NCBI GenBank assembly: GCA_963787835.1
Contig: CAWBEI010000003.1
Span: forward strand, 1-64,000
From: Ignavibacteriota bacterium
Lineage (GTDB): Bacteria > Bacteroidota > Ignavibacteria > Palsa-1295
Direction: 5' to 3'
Length of the DNA stretch: 64,000 bases
The translations under genes were made by a program, and so were the position numbers. This document shows positions 49,284 through 58,818 of this stretch, piece by piece (positions within the stretch are counted from its first letter, which is position 1; each line of letters begins with the position of its first letter). The notes beneath the pieces are model-generated. The model worked only from the letters and a program-made list of their open reading frames with translations. It was not told the origin of the DNA and did not search any database.

Positions 49284-49537
49284 AGTTGCTTAAAGAGAAG
49301 ATCGCAGGGAGTTTGTTCCCGTAAGATGCTCTATGCGCCAGGCGAGCATTTTTCTATTCATCAAACGCATTCCTGTGGCAAAAGCATCTTCACTGCGCGA
49401 ACAAACGCGAAGGAGGTACGAATGTTTCGAGAGGATTGAGGTGGCTGCGGATGCTGATTCCTACGTGCAAATATTTGTAGCCACGAGTTTTAACTCACGG
49501 TATGATTGCAATAACCGAGGCCATACATGATTATCAA

Positions 49538-51353
49538 CTAGTATTTCACACTTGGCAAAAGATGCGACGCATTTGAATGATCAATATAGATCAAAGCATC
49601 GAATGACTTTGAAAGGGTGCGTGCGGTGAACATATTATTCTCCATTCCTCCCATCCTACGAAAGCGTACAGGTTGACACAGCCAATTTGCCGCCGTATCG
49701 CTTGTTGTCTTCACCCGTCCGAGATCCAGCATCCACAGCGGCTCCCCCAAGCGATGGAACGCGAATTCAGCAGTCCCAGCTTGAGCAGAATCGGCAGAAC
49801 GCTCACTGGTTCCGTTCGCTAAATACGTTCCATCATAGAATGAAAATCCTATACTCACATAGTCATTACCGTACGACTTTCGCAGGCGATATCCCATCGC
49901 TCCGCTATCTTCGGCGTTCTGAGCACCATACGAGTAAAGAACTATTTTGGTCGCAGGATTATGCTCAATGATCCATTGAACATTCTGTGCCAGGCTTGAA
50001 TCCCTGATATAACGGCCACTATAATAATCAAAAATTTCTTCCAATTCTTGCGTGACGAGCCGGGCATTCTGCACAATCCATGCAAGTGAATCGGGATTAA
50101 TAGATTGACGAAATGAGGTTGAATAGGATTGCAAATGATCTTCCAGTTCGCGACAATCGTGGATTGCAAGCAACCACGACGTGGAATCATCATGATCCCG
50201 ATTATATCCCTCCTCCGACCTCGACCGAAGGACTAATTCTTTTGCAAGCGTATAGGCGGTCTGCGCTTCCGGGGCAACAGAACTATCGTGAGCGTCAAGA
50301 AAAAACTGGACCTCTGCCGCAGCCTTGGTGATAAACTGAATGCCATACCCGTAGAATTGTATCCGGCCTTCGCCAGAAGCATTGAAGGCACGCATCCATT
50401 TTACCAGATCGAGCATTTCCTCGGTGTTCCAATTCCAAAAGTAGGGATCTCGTAAAAGCTCATCCGGTTTGCCAATACCGTGCAGCACGTAATTATTAAT
50501 CGCGGCCGCTTGAGGCATATCTGCTTCGACGGCCACGATCGTAAATCCCAAATTCTTTGCGAGGTATTCTACGATACGTTGCTTCATTTGAAAACACTCA
50601 TGGGAACCATGCGTCGCTTCTCCTAAGCCAACGATTTTTGCGTTTCCAATAATGTCATGCAGCGGAGCAAGATCCGAAAGGCTTGCATTAGGGTCAGTTG
50701 TCGAAAGCGGTGAAATATTCGATTTTAGCCAATGAATCTGCGCATCGGTCAAATTGACTTTAGGAGGAGTATGATAGAGGGCAGCGAGGGCATTCGAATC
50801 AGCAATATAATCCTTTCCGTCTATTTGGATTTGAAAGTCATCGAACCATGCTGTTCCTTTTCCATTCAGCGTTGCGCCAAATCCTAAATATTTTGCCGCC
50901 GAATCGAAAACAAAATCGAAGCTATACTCTTCCCAGTCATGCGTTCCTGCTGGAATGACGACATTTTTGAATCCTCCTTCCGTTCCATCATTTCCCCATA
51001 AGCTGGCACTAGGACTGACGTCCAGGGTTTTTACCCATGCACTAATGTGGGCCTTTTTAAATTGTGAAACAGGTATTTCCGTCGTGGCAACACCGAATTC
51101 TCGTAACCTTGGTTCAGCCACACTTTCTAACTTGATCGAGTATTTTCCAGAGTGGAACGTTGTACTATCCAAGCTACCTCTGTAGGAACTTTGAACAGTA
51201 TGCGCACCATCGCTTCCGAGATACCAATAAGCCGGAGACCCATTTACAAAGGGTTTTTTAAATTGCTGTGCAATGACCGATTGAAAAAAGCCCAGGGTAA
51301 AAAAAGTAATGGCCAGGAATGTTATTTTTCGCAGTATTTTTTAAACGGAGCAT
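49538..51353 (-). CDS. Secreted erythromycin-esterase-family protein with N-terminal jelly-roll domain; start needs a 1-nt correction or a CTG/ATA start
   Basis: VGLGEATHGSHE, VAVEAD, FDALIYID; in-frame signal peptide LRKITFLAITFFTLGFFQSVIA upstream of the track start. Confidence 0.8.
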
Positions 51354-51410
51354 TGGCGTAATAAGTGCTTGGCCCTGGGCTGCGGGTACTTCGTGGCTCC
51401 GCCACTTGGG

Positions 51411-51438
51411 GTCGGGCTGGAAGCACCGACCTACGCGA
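51411..51438 (-). repeat. GTAG-type REP
   Basis: Minus strand GTAG-GTCGG-TGCTTCCAGC-CCGAC; identical 28-mer at 52470-52497. Confidence 0.8.
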
Positions 51439-51877
51439 CCTCCTTTCGCTTCACTTCTCCGTGCTCAACTCCATATCGTATTGCCGCTTGAAGTACAGCA
51501 GGGTCTATATCTTTCAGCGTTTTGAACTTAAGGCAATACCCAGTCACGCTCGCCTTGCCTATTTTTTTTCCATACGTTTTTTTTAAGTAGGTCTTATCTT
51601 CGATACCGAGGATATAGACAGAGATCCCGGTTGTGTTTGCACTGAGACCAATTTGGTAAAACTCTTTGGTTGATCCATCGGCGTATTTTATGCTCTGGAG
51701 TCCATATCCGATATTAGGATTAGAAATCGTTTTACCTTCACTGTTCTTGCCGTCCAAGAACCATAATTTACATTTTGGCAATGTTTCCAGGATCATGCGG
51801 TGCAGTTCCTGCATGTCGCTGCGTTTTGGTTCCGGCTGGCTGGCAATGTACTCTTTGATCTCGCCTTCTACGTTCAT
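51431..51877 (-). CDS. DUF1801 (YdhG-like) protein
   Basis: EYIASQPEPKRSDM, IGYG, GKASVTGYCLKFK. Confidence 0.85.
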   Translation of the reverse strand: MNVEGEIKEYIASQPEPKRSDMQELHRMILETLPKCKLWFLDGKNSEGKTISNPNIGYGLQSIKYADGSTKEFYQIGLSANTTGISVYILGIEDKTYLKKTYGKKIGKASVTGYCLKFKTLKDIDPAVLQAAIRYGVEHGEVKRKEVA

Positions 51878-51891
51878 GGTTTCATGGATCG

Positions 51892-52314
51892 TTAATAGCT
51901 TGGATCAAATTCCACTATCCATTCGATCCCATATTTGTCTCTAAAACATCCAAAGTATGAACCCCAGGGACTGTCTCCAATAGGAGCTTCGATCTGACCT
52001 CCCGCTGAAAGCCCATAGAATAATTTGTCCGCTTCTTCTCTGCTTTCCGTACGAACGGATATTTTAGATCTATTTTCGTTTTCATTCGTTCGCCCCATGC
52101 TTTCCGGCACGTCATTGCCTATCAAAACATTTGGGCCGATACGCAACGCAATGTGCATGATCTTATGTGCTTCCTTTTCATCGACAGGGAATTCAGGGCC
52201 CAGATCCCTGAAACGCATAATTTTTGCGAACTCACCTCCAAATACAGATCTGTAAAATGTGAATGCTTCTTCGGCATTCCCGTTGAAGTTAATGTGCGGA
52301 TTGATTACTGCCAT
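51892..52314 (-). CDS. PhnB-like VOC protein
   Basis: INPHINFNGNAEEAFTFY, IMH, PWGSYFG..RDKYGIEW. Confidence 0.9.
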   Translation of the reverse strand: MAVINPHINFNGNAEEAFTFYRSVFGGEFAKIMRFRDLGPEFPVDEKEAHKIMHIALRIGPNVLIGNDVPESMGRTNENENRSKISVRTESREEADKLFYGLSAGGQIEAPIGDSPWGSYFGCFRDKYGIEWIVEFDPSY

Positions 52315-52415
52315 AGTGTTTATTTACAAAATGAATTGTCGTGCAAAAATACGAACTTTTCAAAATCGCGCAGCAAGGTGTGGATGTGTCATTTTAAGTG
52401 GTCGAACGCGACAAC

Positions 52416-52516
52416 ACCCTCCCCCGGCCCCTCCCGCTGGGGCGGGAGGGGAGAAAATGAAAAGGAATTGTCGGGCTGGAAGCACCGACCTACGCGAGGA
52501 AGCACCGACCTATGCG
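52416..52516. repeat. Cluster of a CCCTCCC-type hairpin plus one full and one partial GTAG REP
   Basis: CCCCTCCCGC-TGGG-GCGGGAGGGG; REP at 52470-52497 and partial copy at 52498-52516. Confidence 0.75.
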
Positions 52517-52543
52517 CGCGGATTGTATCCTCACATTCGGCTA

Positions 52544-52978
52544 CTACTGCCCCGCTTTCAATTTCCCTATCTCCGCACGGGCGGCGCCAACAAGTTCCTC
52601 ATTGGTGTGAGCATGGCCCCACAATCCCCAGCCGCCCGGTGCTGCTTCAGTGAGCAACACCCATGTCCGTTCTTTGAGTGTCGGGTCGCCCGCTTCCGTA
52701 GCTACCAGTTCCGTCAGTTTTTCAACCACGGCGAGCTGTTTCTCTCTGCTTAACGCTCCCGAGTTCGTGAGCACCTGCACGCGAACATAATTACTATCGC
52801 CATCGACGTTCGCAATGGCAGCGTCCGGAAGTTCGTGAACAAAAGCTGCTGTATTTTTCCGGAACATCGGAATATCCGGTACCTGCTCCACCGTTTTTAC
52901 AATGGTTGCGGCCTGAGTAGCGATGCTGTGAGGATCGGCGAACGTCCCGCGCTTTGCATAGATGTCGATCATTGGCAT
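52544..52978 (-). CDS. Tautomerase superfamily protein
   Basis: N-terminal Pro (MPMID); WVLLTEAAPGGWG. Confidence 0.85.
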   Translation of the reverse strand: MPMIDIYAKRGTFADPHSIATQAATIVKTVEQVPDIPMFRKNTAAFVHELPDAAIANVDGDSNYVRVQVLTNSGALSREKQLAVVEKLTELVATEAGDPTLKERTWVLLTEAAPGGWGLWGHAHTNEELVGAARAEIGKLKAGQ

Positions 52979-53144
52979 AATACTGTTCCTTTACGAATTA
53001 GATCAATAGATTGAAACGATGTAGTGATTTGGAAAGAACACGTCGGGCTTACGCTAAATTCGTGAGGAGTATGCATCATCCGTTATGTGGGTAAAAGAAA
53101 ATTTCGAATTTTGTGAGGGGCTGGAAAAGTGTCGTATATTAGAA

Positions 53145-53314
53145 AGTGGTATTAAGGGCACCTATTTCTTTGAGCAATGCAAATATTAGCTTTCGTTATG
53201 AACCAGTTCTTTAAGAAAGAAAATTATGGGTATTTTTTCGAACAAATGACGAAAACAGCTTGGAAACGATGCTGCGTCGGGAACTCAGCAAGAAAAAGAA
53301 ATGGCACCTATTTC
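53145..53314 (+). repeat. Dispersed element, copy B
   Basis: GGCACCTATTTC direct repeats at 53157-53168 and 53303-53314; homologous to 264-470. Confidence 0.85.
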
Positions 53315-53381
53315 ATTATGACAAGCTTTAGAGAATAAATAAGTTTCGAAACTACCCTCCCCTAATTTCGTTTTAGGTTTT

Positions 53382-54089
53382 ATGGCAAATTATTCAGATC
53401 CAGTTTATTCTTTCACGCCGGAAGCCCTGCAACTCGTTGGCGAGGCACGGCTGGCGTATGTTCGCACCGTCTATTCGTATTTCCTGATCGCAGTGGGCAG
53501 CGCCATTGCCGGCACACTGCTCGCGATGAATACCGATCTGGGGTTTTCGTTCGCGCGCGCTCCTTTCGTTGGGATTATCGTCTTTTTTGGCGCATTTTGG
53601 TTTGCGTCGCGAAGTGCGAATAATCCGTCTCGTGCCGTGCCGACGCTTTCCATCGCTACGTTCGTCAGCGGGCTGTTCGTAGCTCCGCTGCTGTATGCGA
53701 TCACGCATAACTACATTCGCGGCACCAGCACCAGCACGATCTACGATGCGCTGATCCTTTCGGGCTCCATCTTTGCAGGACTGACGCTTTATACCTTCGT
53801 CTCGAAGAAGGATTTTTCCTACATGGGCGCAAGCCTGACGATCGGCTTATTTATGATCATCGGCCTGATGTTCGTGAATTTCTTTGTGCAATCGACCACG
53901 CTTGATCTGGGGCTTTCGATCATAGGAGTTATCATATTTTCGGGTTTCATTTTAGTTGATACCTCGCGTATCCTGAAGCGAGCACATGAGATCCCACCGA
54001 CCTTAGCGGCACTCAATCTTTATCTCGATTTTTTGAACCTGTTCCTGATGCTTCTCCGTTTGCTCAGCGGCGGACGGAATAGAAGTTAA
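53382..54089 (+). CDS. Bax inhibitor-1/YccA family membrane protein
   Basis: YVRTVY, KKDFS, FILVDTSRI, ALNLYLDFLNLF. Confidence 0.93.
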   Translation: MANYSDPVYSFTPEALQLVGEARLAYVRTVYSYFLIAVGSAIAGTLLAMNTDLGFSFARAPFVGIIVFFGAFWFASRSANNPSRAVPTLSIATFVSGLFVAPLLYAITHNYIRGTSTSTIYDALILSGSIFAGLTLYTFVSKKDFSYMGASLTIGLFMIIGLMFVNFFVQSTTLDLGLSIIGVIIFSGFILVDTSRILKRAHEIPPTLAALNLYLDFLNLFLMLLRLLSGGRNRS

Positions 54090-54140
54090 TTTCCTGCGCA
54101 TTCTGGGGCCGAAATGTGTGAGTAAAAGGTGATATTAACA

Positions 54141-54168
54141 TTTCATCTTTCATACTTCATATTTCATC
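54141..54168. repeat. Heptamer tandem repeat upstream of the tRNA
   Basis: TTTCATC TTTCATA CTTCATA TTTCATC; a TAAGAAK-type array follows the tRNA at 54268-54295. Confidence 0.8.
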
Positions 54169-54181
54169 TTTTCCCCTTATC

Positions 54182-54255
54182 GGGCCCTTAGCTCAGTTGG
54201 TTAGAGCAGTCGACTCATAATCGATTGGTCGCAGGTTCAAGTCCTGCAGGGCCCA
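54182..54255 (+). tRNA. tRNA with CAT anticodon, most likely tRNA-Ile2 (lysidine)
   Basis: GGGCCCT acceptor stem; GTCGA-CTCATAA-TCGAT; resembles ileX-type tRNAs and lacks the initiator GGG/CCC anticodon stem. Confidence 0.92.
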
Positions 54256-54294
54256 CTGTTTTTTAATTAAGAAGTAAGAAGTAACAATTAAGAA

Positions 54295-55233
54295 TTAGGG
54301 AACCCGGAATAATCCGGCGTTTCCTCGGAGGAATTCTTCGGTTGACATGGCGCGCTTTCCTTCGCGTTGGAGTTCGAGGATCTCTAATGGCTCGGTGGAT
54401 GTGCCAACGAATAAGCGTTTTGAATCTGATGAAATTTGGAACGCTCCGGGAGCAAGTTTTGATGAAGCATCTGGAGTAAGATGGCTCCGAAGCAGTTTTA
54501 GTCGATGGCCAGCTACTTCGTTTGTAGCGCCGGGGTAGGGTGAAAGTCCACGAATGAAATTGTGAACTTTCTCACGTTGTTCATTGAAATTGATAATGCA
54601 ATCTTTGGGGAAGATCTTGGGTGCGTTAGTAGCAAGACCGGAAGGTTGATCGGTGGGATGCAACGTGCCAGACGCTATACCAGCAAGGGTTTCTAAGCAA
54701 ACTTCAGCGCCAAGAAGCATTAAGCGGTCATGCAACTCCCCTGCTGTTTCATCGGGAGCGATAGCGATGGATTTAGCGAGGAGAATTTTACCGGTATCGA
54801 CTTTTTCATCGAGTAGGAATGTGGTGATTCCGGTTTCCAGCTCGCCGCGTATGATGGCCCAGTTTATCGGCGCAGCGCCGCGGTATTTTGGAAGTAGTGA
54901 GGCATGGATATTGAAGGAACCAAGCTTCGGGATGGTAAATACTTCCTTTGGAAGTATCTTGTAAGCGACAACGACAAAAATATCGGCATCGAGTTTTTGT
55001 AAGGCTTCTAAAAAATCAGGATCGCGATGTTTCGTTGGAGTGAGAACGGGAATTCCAAGCTCGATCGATGCTTGCTTGACTACACTGGGATGCAAGGCCA
55101 TTCCCCTGCCCTGCGGCTTATCAGGTGTGGTAACGACGGCGATGATCTGCTCGCCCTTTTGAACAAGATCGCGCAGAATATGCGCCGCAAATTCGGGCGT
55201 ACCAAAAAAAACGCAGCGTAATCCGGATGCCAT
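54295..55233 (-). CDS. fmt: Methionyl-tRNA formyltransferase
   Basis: FFGTPEFA, NIHASLLPKYRGAAPINW. Confidence 0.96.
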   Translation of the reverse strand: MASGLRCVFFGTPEFAAHILRDLVQKGEQIIAVVTTPDKPQGRGMALHPSVVKQASIELGIPVLTPTKHRDPDFLEALQKLDADIFVVVAYKILPKEVFTIPKLGSFNIHASLLPKYRGAAPINWAIIRGELETGITTFLLDEKVDTGKILLAKSIAIAPDETAGELHDRLMLLGAEVCLETLAGIASGTLHPTDQPSGLATNAPKIFPKDCIINFNEQREKVHNFIRGLSPYPGATNEVAGHRLKLLRSHLTPDASSKLAPGAFQISSDSKRLFVGTSTEPLEILELQREGKRAMSTEEFLRGNAGLFRVP

Positions 55234-55234
55234 C

Positions 55235-57136
55235 TTATTTTAATAACACCATTTTGCGAGTAACGGTCGCGCTGCTTGTTTTAACTTTATAGAAGTAGAT
55301 ACCGCGCGGCCAGTTGGTTGCATCCAGTTCATAGGAATGACGGCCGGGCGCAAGCTTGGAATCCTCCAGAACAGTTACCTCGCGACCGATCATATCGAAG
55401 ATGGAAAGCCTTACCGTTTCGGGCTTCGTGAGCCGGAAGGCAACCGTTGTCGTAGTATTGAAAGGATTTGGCTCGTTCTGTTCGACGAAAACATCTCGAT
55501 CCGGTGCATATTCCAACTTCACTGGAATGGTATAGATCGGAGCTTCTTTCTCATTAAATCCAAGTATCGCGACGCGATAATAAAGGTCAATATCGCCATT
55601 CAGCATCGGGAGCTCCTCTGAAACATGATACATAGACCGGGATATAACCGATTGACCGCGCTTCGGGACTTTAATTCCGTGCTTCGCTTCGATCGTCAAT
55701 GCTTTTTCGAATGGCCCATACGTACCAACCCTTCGCTCAAGGACATACTGCTTGACTCCCAGTTCGCTGGATGTTTGCCAGGAGATCCCCACTTTGGTTG
55801 GCGAAAAAAGTTCGGCAGTAAGGATGGCCGGCTCAGAAGAAACCGGCGAAGAAGTCTCGCGGATAATGGCACAGGTATCCAAAGCAAAGTACATTGGCGA
55901 AGTTTCGATAACACTCGATCGAGCAGCGGAACCGAAATCATCGAAATGAAAAATGCCAAATGCCCGATGAGATGTGTCTCGGAATGCTATCATCATGTTT
56001 CGAGTAAATTCATCCGGGTCTGTAGATGCCCCTTTTATGAGTCGTAATTCGTCGATCGAAAACTCTTTCCTTGATTCGGATGTGTCGCCGATTGCTAAAC
56101 CGATAACGCTATCGAAGATCGCTGATGACACATGCCCCATTGCAGGGGGCTGGGCATCAATAAAGATCCGAATCGTTCCAGCCGAGTCCTTTGAAAATAC
56201 GAGGTAATGCCACGCGCCATCGTTGGCTATCGCACGGTTCGCCAAAAGGGTTCGGGTCTCACGCCCCACGAGCACGCATGAAGGCTGACCGAGACTCCCA
56301 ATCATGATCTGCAACTCGTTGCCATTGGCAGACAACAGTCTCACCAGTTTCTGCTCCTGTCTGTTCGTCCGGAACCAACATTGCATGCTGAATGGATGCT
56401 CAAAATAATTGGAAAGAAGTTCTGGACGTCCCTGAAGATTTGCTATCGCGCATTTTGAACCATCCAGAACAAGGGCTCTTTGCACTTTTGGTACCTTCTC
56501 AATGGTTAGAGACGCGACAAGTTTCTTGGATGTTATTTCACTGAACGAAAAATCGTATCGGGATGGGAACGTCATTCGCCAGTCTCGAATAGTGGGAATG
56601 GTTCTTTTCGTTTTTGGATCGATCTCTGGCTGAGCATCGGGATCTGTTCTCTCAATCAAGGCTGCCTTGACCGTAGCAACCTCAGTTGTTTTTTTTTCCG
56701 CGACTGGTCTGGTGGAGAAGACTACGAAGTAAGCAATTCCCGCTGCGTCAGGATCGAAATCGTTAGAATTATCGGCTAATACAATAGCTTGATCACCCGA
56801 CTCAACGGAAAGCAAATTGTTAAATTCCTGAAAACTCGGAAGATTCACAGATTGATTACTTCCAGCCTCCACACGCCATGCTCGCTGAAACTTCCAACCA
56901 GCGGGGTATTCAAGCGCGAGCGTGCGATCAATATTCGTTTCTCGCGAAGATGCCGAAACGATGATCGTAACGTCATCGCCTTCCGGCATCGTCTCCGGTG
57001 CGCGAACGAAAGCAATTTCTCCACTTGCACGCGCCGTTGAAGGAGTAAAGCTTAGGGTAAAGGGTAGTGGGCAAAGGGTAACGGATAGAATGAAGCCAAC
57101 GCAATAACGCTTTGTTCGTTTATAACCGTTATCCAC
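55235..57136 (-). CDS. LamG-like jelly-roll protein with T9SS CTD
   Basis: FSMQCWFRT, NDGAWHYLV, IDELRL; CTD QNEPNPFN...GIYFYKV...RKMVLLK. Confidence 0.8.
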   Translation of the reverse strand: MDNGYKRTKRYCVGFILSVTLCPLPFTLSFTPSTARASGEIAFVRAPETMPEGDDVTIIVSASSRETNIDRTLALEYPAGWKFQRAWRVEAGSNQSVNLPSFQEFNNLLSVESGDQAIVLADNSNDFDPDAAGIAYFVVFSTRPVAEKKTTEVATVKAALIERTDPDAQPEIDPKTKRTIPTIRDWRMTFPSRYDFSFSEITSKKLVASLTIEKVPKVQRALVLDGSKCAIANLQGRPELLSNYFEHPFSMQCWFRTNRQEQKLVRLLSANGNELQIMIGSLGQPSCVLVGRETRTLLANRAIANDGAWHYLVFSKDSAGTIRIFIDAQPPAMGHVSSAIFDSVIGLAIGDTSESRKEFSIDELRLIKGASTDPDEFTRNMMIAFRDTSHRAFGIFHFDDFGSAARSSVIETSPMYFALDTCAIIRETSSPVSSEPAILTAELFSPTKVGISWQTSSELGVKQYVLERRVGTYGPFEKALTIEAKHGIKVPKRGQSVISRSMYHVSEELPMLNGDIDLYYRVAILGFNEKEAPIYTIPVKLEYAPDRDVFVEQNEPNPFNTTTTVAFRLTKPETVRLSIFDMIGREVTVLEDSKLAPGRHSYELDATNWPRGIYFYKVKTSSATVTRKMVLLK

Positions 57137-57153
57137 TATCGACTATCAACTAT

Positions 57154-57669
57154 TTAATTCCGCATCTTCGCAAGATAATCAAGCCGACCCTTTAGATCCG
57201 CCTTTGGTGTGAGCAATTTGTCTTTCCCAAAAATTCCTTCTGAAGGATCGCGGAAAACTAGCTCGTAATCCTTGCTCATGATAATCGCTTCTTCCGGACA
57301 AACTTCCTCGCAATATCCGCAAAAGATACAACGAAGCATATTGATCTCGAACACGACTGGATAGCGTTCTTTCAAAAGGTCCGTCTCGCTTGCGCGAACT
57401 TCAATAGCAAGCGGTGGACACACGCGGGAGCACAGCCCACATGCAACGCAGCGCTCCACACCATTGTCCTCCATGACAAGCACAGGCCGTCCGCGAAACG
57501 ACGCCGGCGGATCCCAACGCTCTTCGGGATATTGGCGCGTGAATTTCGGACGAAAAAGATGCTTGAACGACGTTAACAAACCACGCACGATCTCAGGGAG
57601 ATAAAGCTTTTCCCAAAGCGTGAGCTTACGCTGAGCGGCTGGGTTGTTGTATTTGGTTACTGTTGGCAT
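57154..57669 (-). CDS. nuoI: NADH-quinone oxidoreductase subunit I
   Basis: CVACGLCSRVCP, CIFCGYCEEVCP. Confidence 0.96.
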   Translation of the reverse strand: MPTVTKYNNPAAQRKLTLWEKLYLPEIVRGLLTSFKHLFRPKFTRQYPEERWDPPASFRGRPVLVMEDNGVERCVACGLCSRVCPPLAIEVRASETDLLKERYPVVFEINMLRCIFCGYCEEVCPEEAIIMSKDYELVFRDPSEGIFGKDKLLTPKADLKGRLDYLAKMRN

Positions 57670-57680
57670 ATTGGCGACGA

Positions 57681-58700
57681 TTAGTGCATCAAATACATTT
57701 TTTCAAGGGCGGTAAAGATGATATTCACAATGCCGAGCGGCAGCAGCACCTTCCAGCCAAGATTCATGAGCTGATCGTAACGGAAGCGTGGGATCGACCA
57801 CCGCACCCATATAAAGATGAACAACAGCCCGACTACTTTCAGCACAAAAGCGAGCACACCGACAATGGTGATAGCCAGACTCGGTAAGCCTAACTTATCG
57901 ACAAAAGGCAAGCTCCAGCCGCCAAGAAAAAGAACTGTTATTACTGCACTGGCTGTGATGATATTCGCATACTCCGCAAGAAAAAAAAGAGCAAACTTCA
58001 TGGAACTATACTCCGTGTGATAGCCGCCGACAAGTTCCGGTTCCGCTTCAGGAAGATCAAAAGGCAAACGATTTGTTTCCGCGAACGAGGAGACGAAAAA
58101 AAGTAAGAACCCTATCGGCGCACGAACAATGTTCCATAGCCCGTTCGACTGTCCGGCGATGATCGTATTAAGATCGAGCGAGCCGCTTAACATAACCACA
58201 CTCAAAAGTCCCAGCCCAAGCGTGAGTTCATAGCTGATCATTTGAGCGCTTGAACGAATGCCACCCAGCAGAGAATACTTCGAGCCGCTCGACCATCCTG
58301 CCAGCGTGATGCCATAGACCCCAAGCGAAGTAAGTGCCACGATAAAGAGCACTCCTATATTGACACTCGAAGCAATAGTAAGTGGAACGACATGGCTCCC
58401 AAGCATCAAAGTCCCTCCAAAAGGTACGACCGCCAGAACCGTGAATGCGACCGTGATGGAGATCACCGGGGCGACCCAATGGAACCACTTCTGCGCCATA
58501 TTCGGCTCGATGTCCTCCTTCAAGAGAAGTTTAAGGACATCCGCCAATGGCTGGAATAATCCAAGTGGGCCTACTCGGTTCGGCCCAATGCGGTCCTGAA
58601 CCCACGCGCTGATCCAGCGCTCGAGCAAAACAGTATAAGACACTGCCGTCAGCACGACGAATAAGATGATCGCAATTTTTATGAGTGCTTCAATTACCAT
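57681..58700 (-). CDS. nuoH: NADH-quinone oxidoreductase subunit H
   Basis: QDRIGPNRVG, AQMISYE, PFDLPEAE, RFRYDQLM; start MVIEAL. Confidence 0.97.
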   Translation of the reverse strand: MVIEALIKIAIILFVVLTAVSYTVLLERWISAWVQDRIGPNRVGPLGLFQPLADVLKLLLKEDIEPNMAQKWFHWVAPVISITVAFTVLAVVPFGGTLMLGSHVVPLTIASSVNIGVLFIVALTSLGVYGITLAGWSSGSKYSLLGGIRSSAQMISYELTLGLGLLSVVMLSGSLDLNTIIAGQSNGLWNIVRAPIGFLLFFVSSFAETNRLPFDLPEAEPELVGGYHTEYSSMKFALFFLAEYANIITASAVITVLFLGGWSLPFVDKLGLPSLAITIVGVLAFVLKVVGLLFIFIWVRWSIPRFRYDQLMNLGWKVLLPLGIVNIIFTALEKMYLMH

Positions 58701-58707
58701 CCGGGGA

Positions 58708-58730
58708 AATGATGAATTATGAATGATGAA
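58708..58730. repeat. Heptamer tandem repeat
   Basis: AATGATG AATTATG AATGATG AA, same units as at 25746. Confidence 0.7.
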
Positions 58731-58818
58731 GGAGTCATGCGTCCTTGCCTGCCTCTCAGTAGTCGTAATGAACAACTGAAATGGGATGAGGATTCAACGC
58801 AAGCAATAAATAATTCGG

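Larger units (their letters stand above)
48967..49390. repeat. 53-bp imperfect direct repeat (48967-49019 and 49338-49390) duplicating the EamA 5' end
   Basis: Identical CCAGGCGAGCATTTTTCTATTCATCA and TGGCAAAAGCATCTT blocks with 5 mismatches between them. Confidence 0.85.

Noticed and set aside
52985-53070. RBS-sequestering hairpin before the tautomerase gene
   Set aside because: Only about 7 contiguous bp on the coding strand with a long loop; could be chance
54182-54255. Initiator tRNA-fMet, given the adjacent fmt gene
   Set aside because: It has a paired G1-C72 and lacks three consecutive G-C pairs in the anticodon stem
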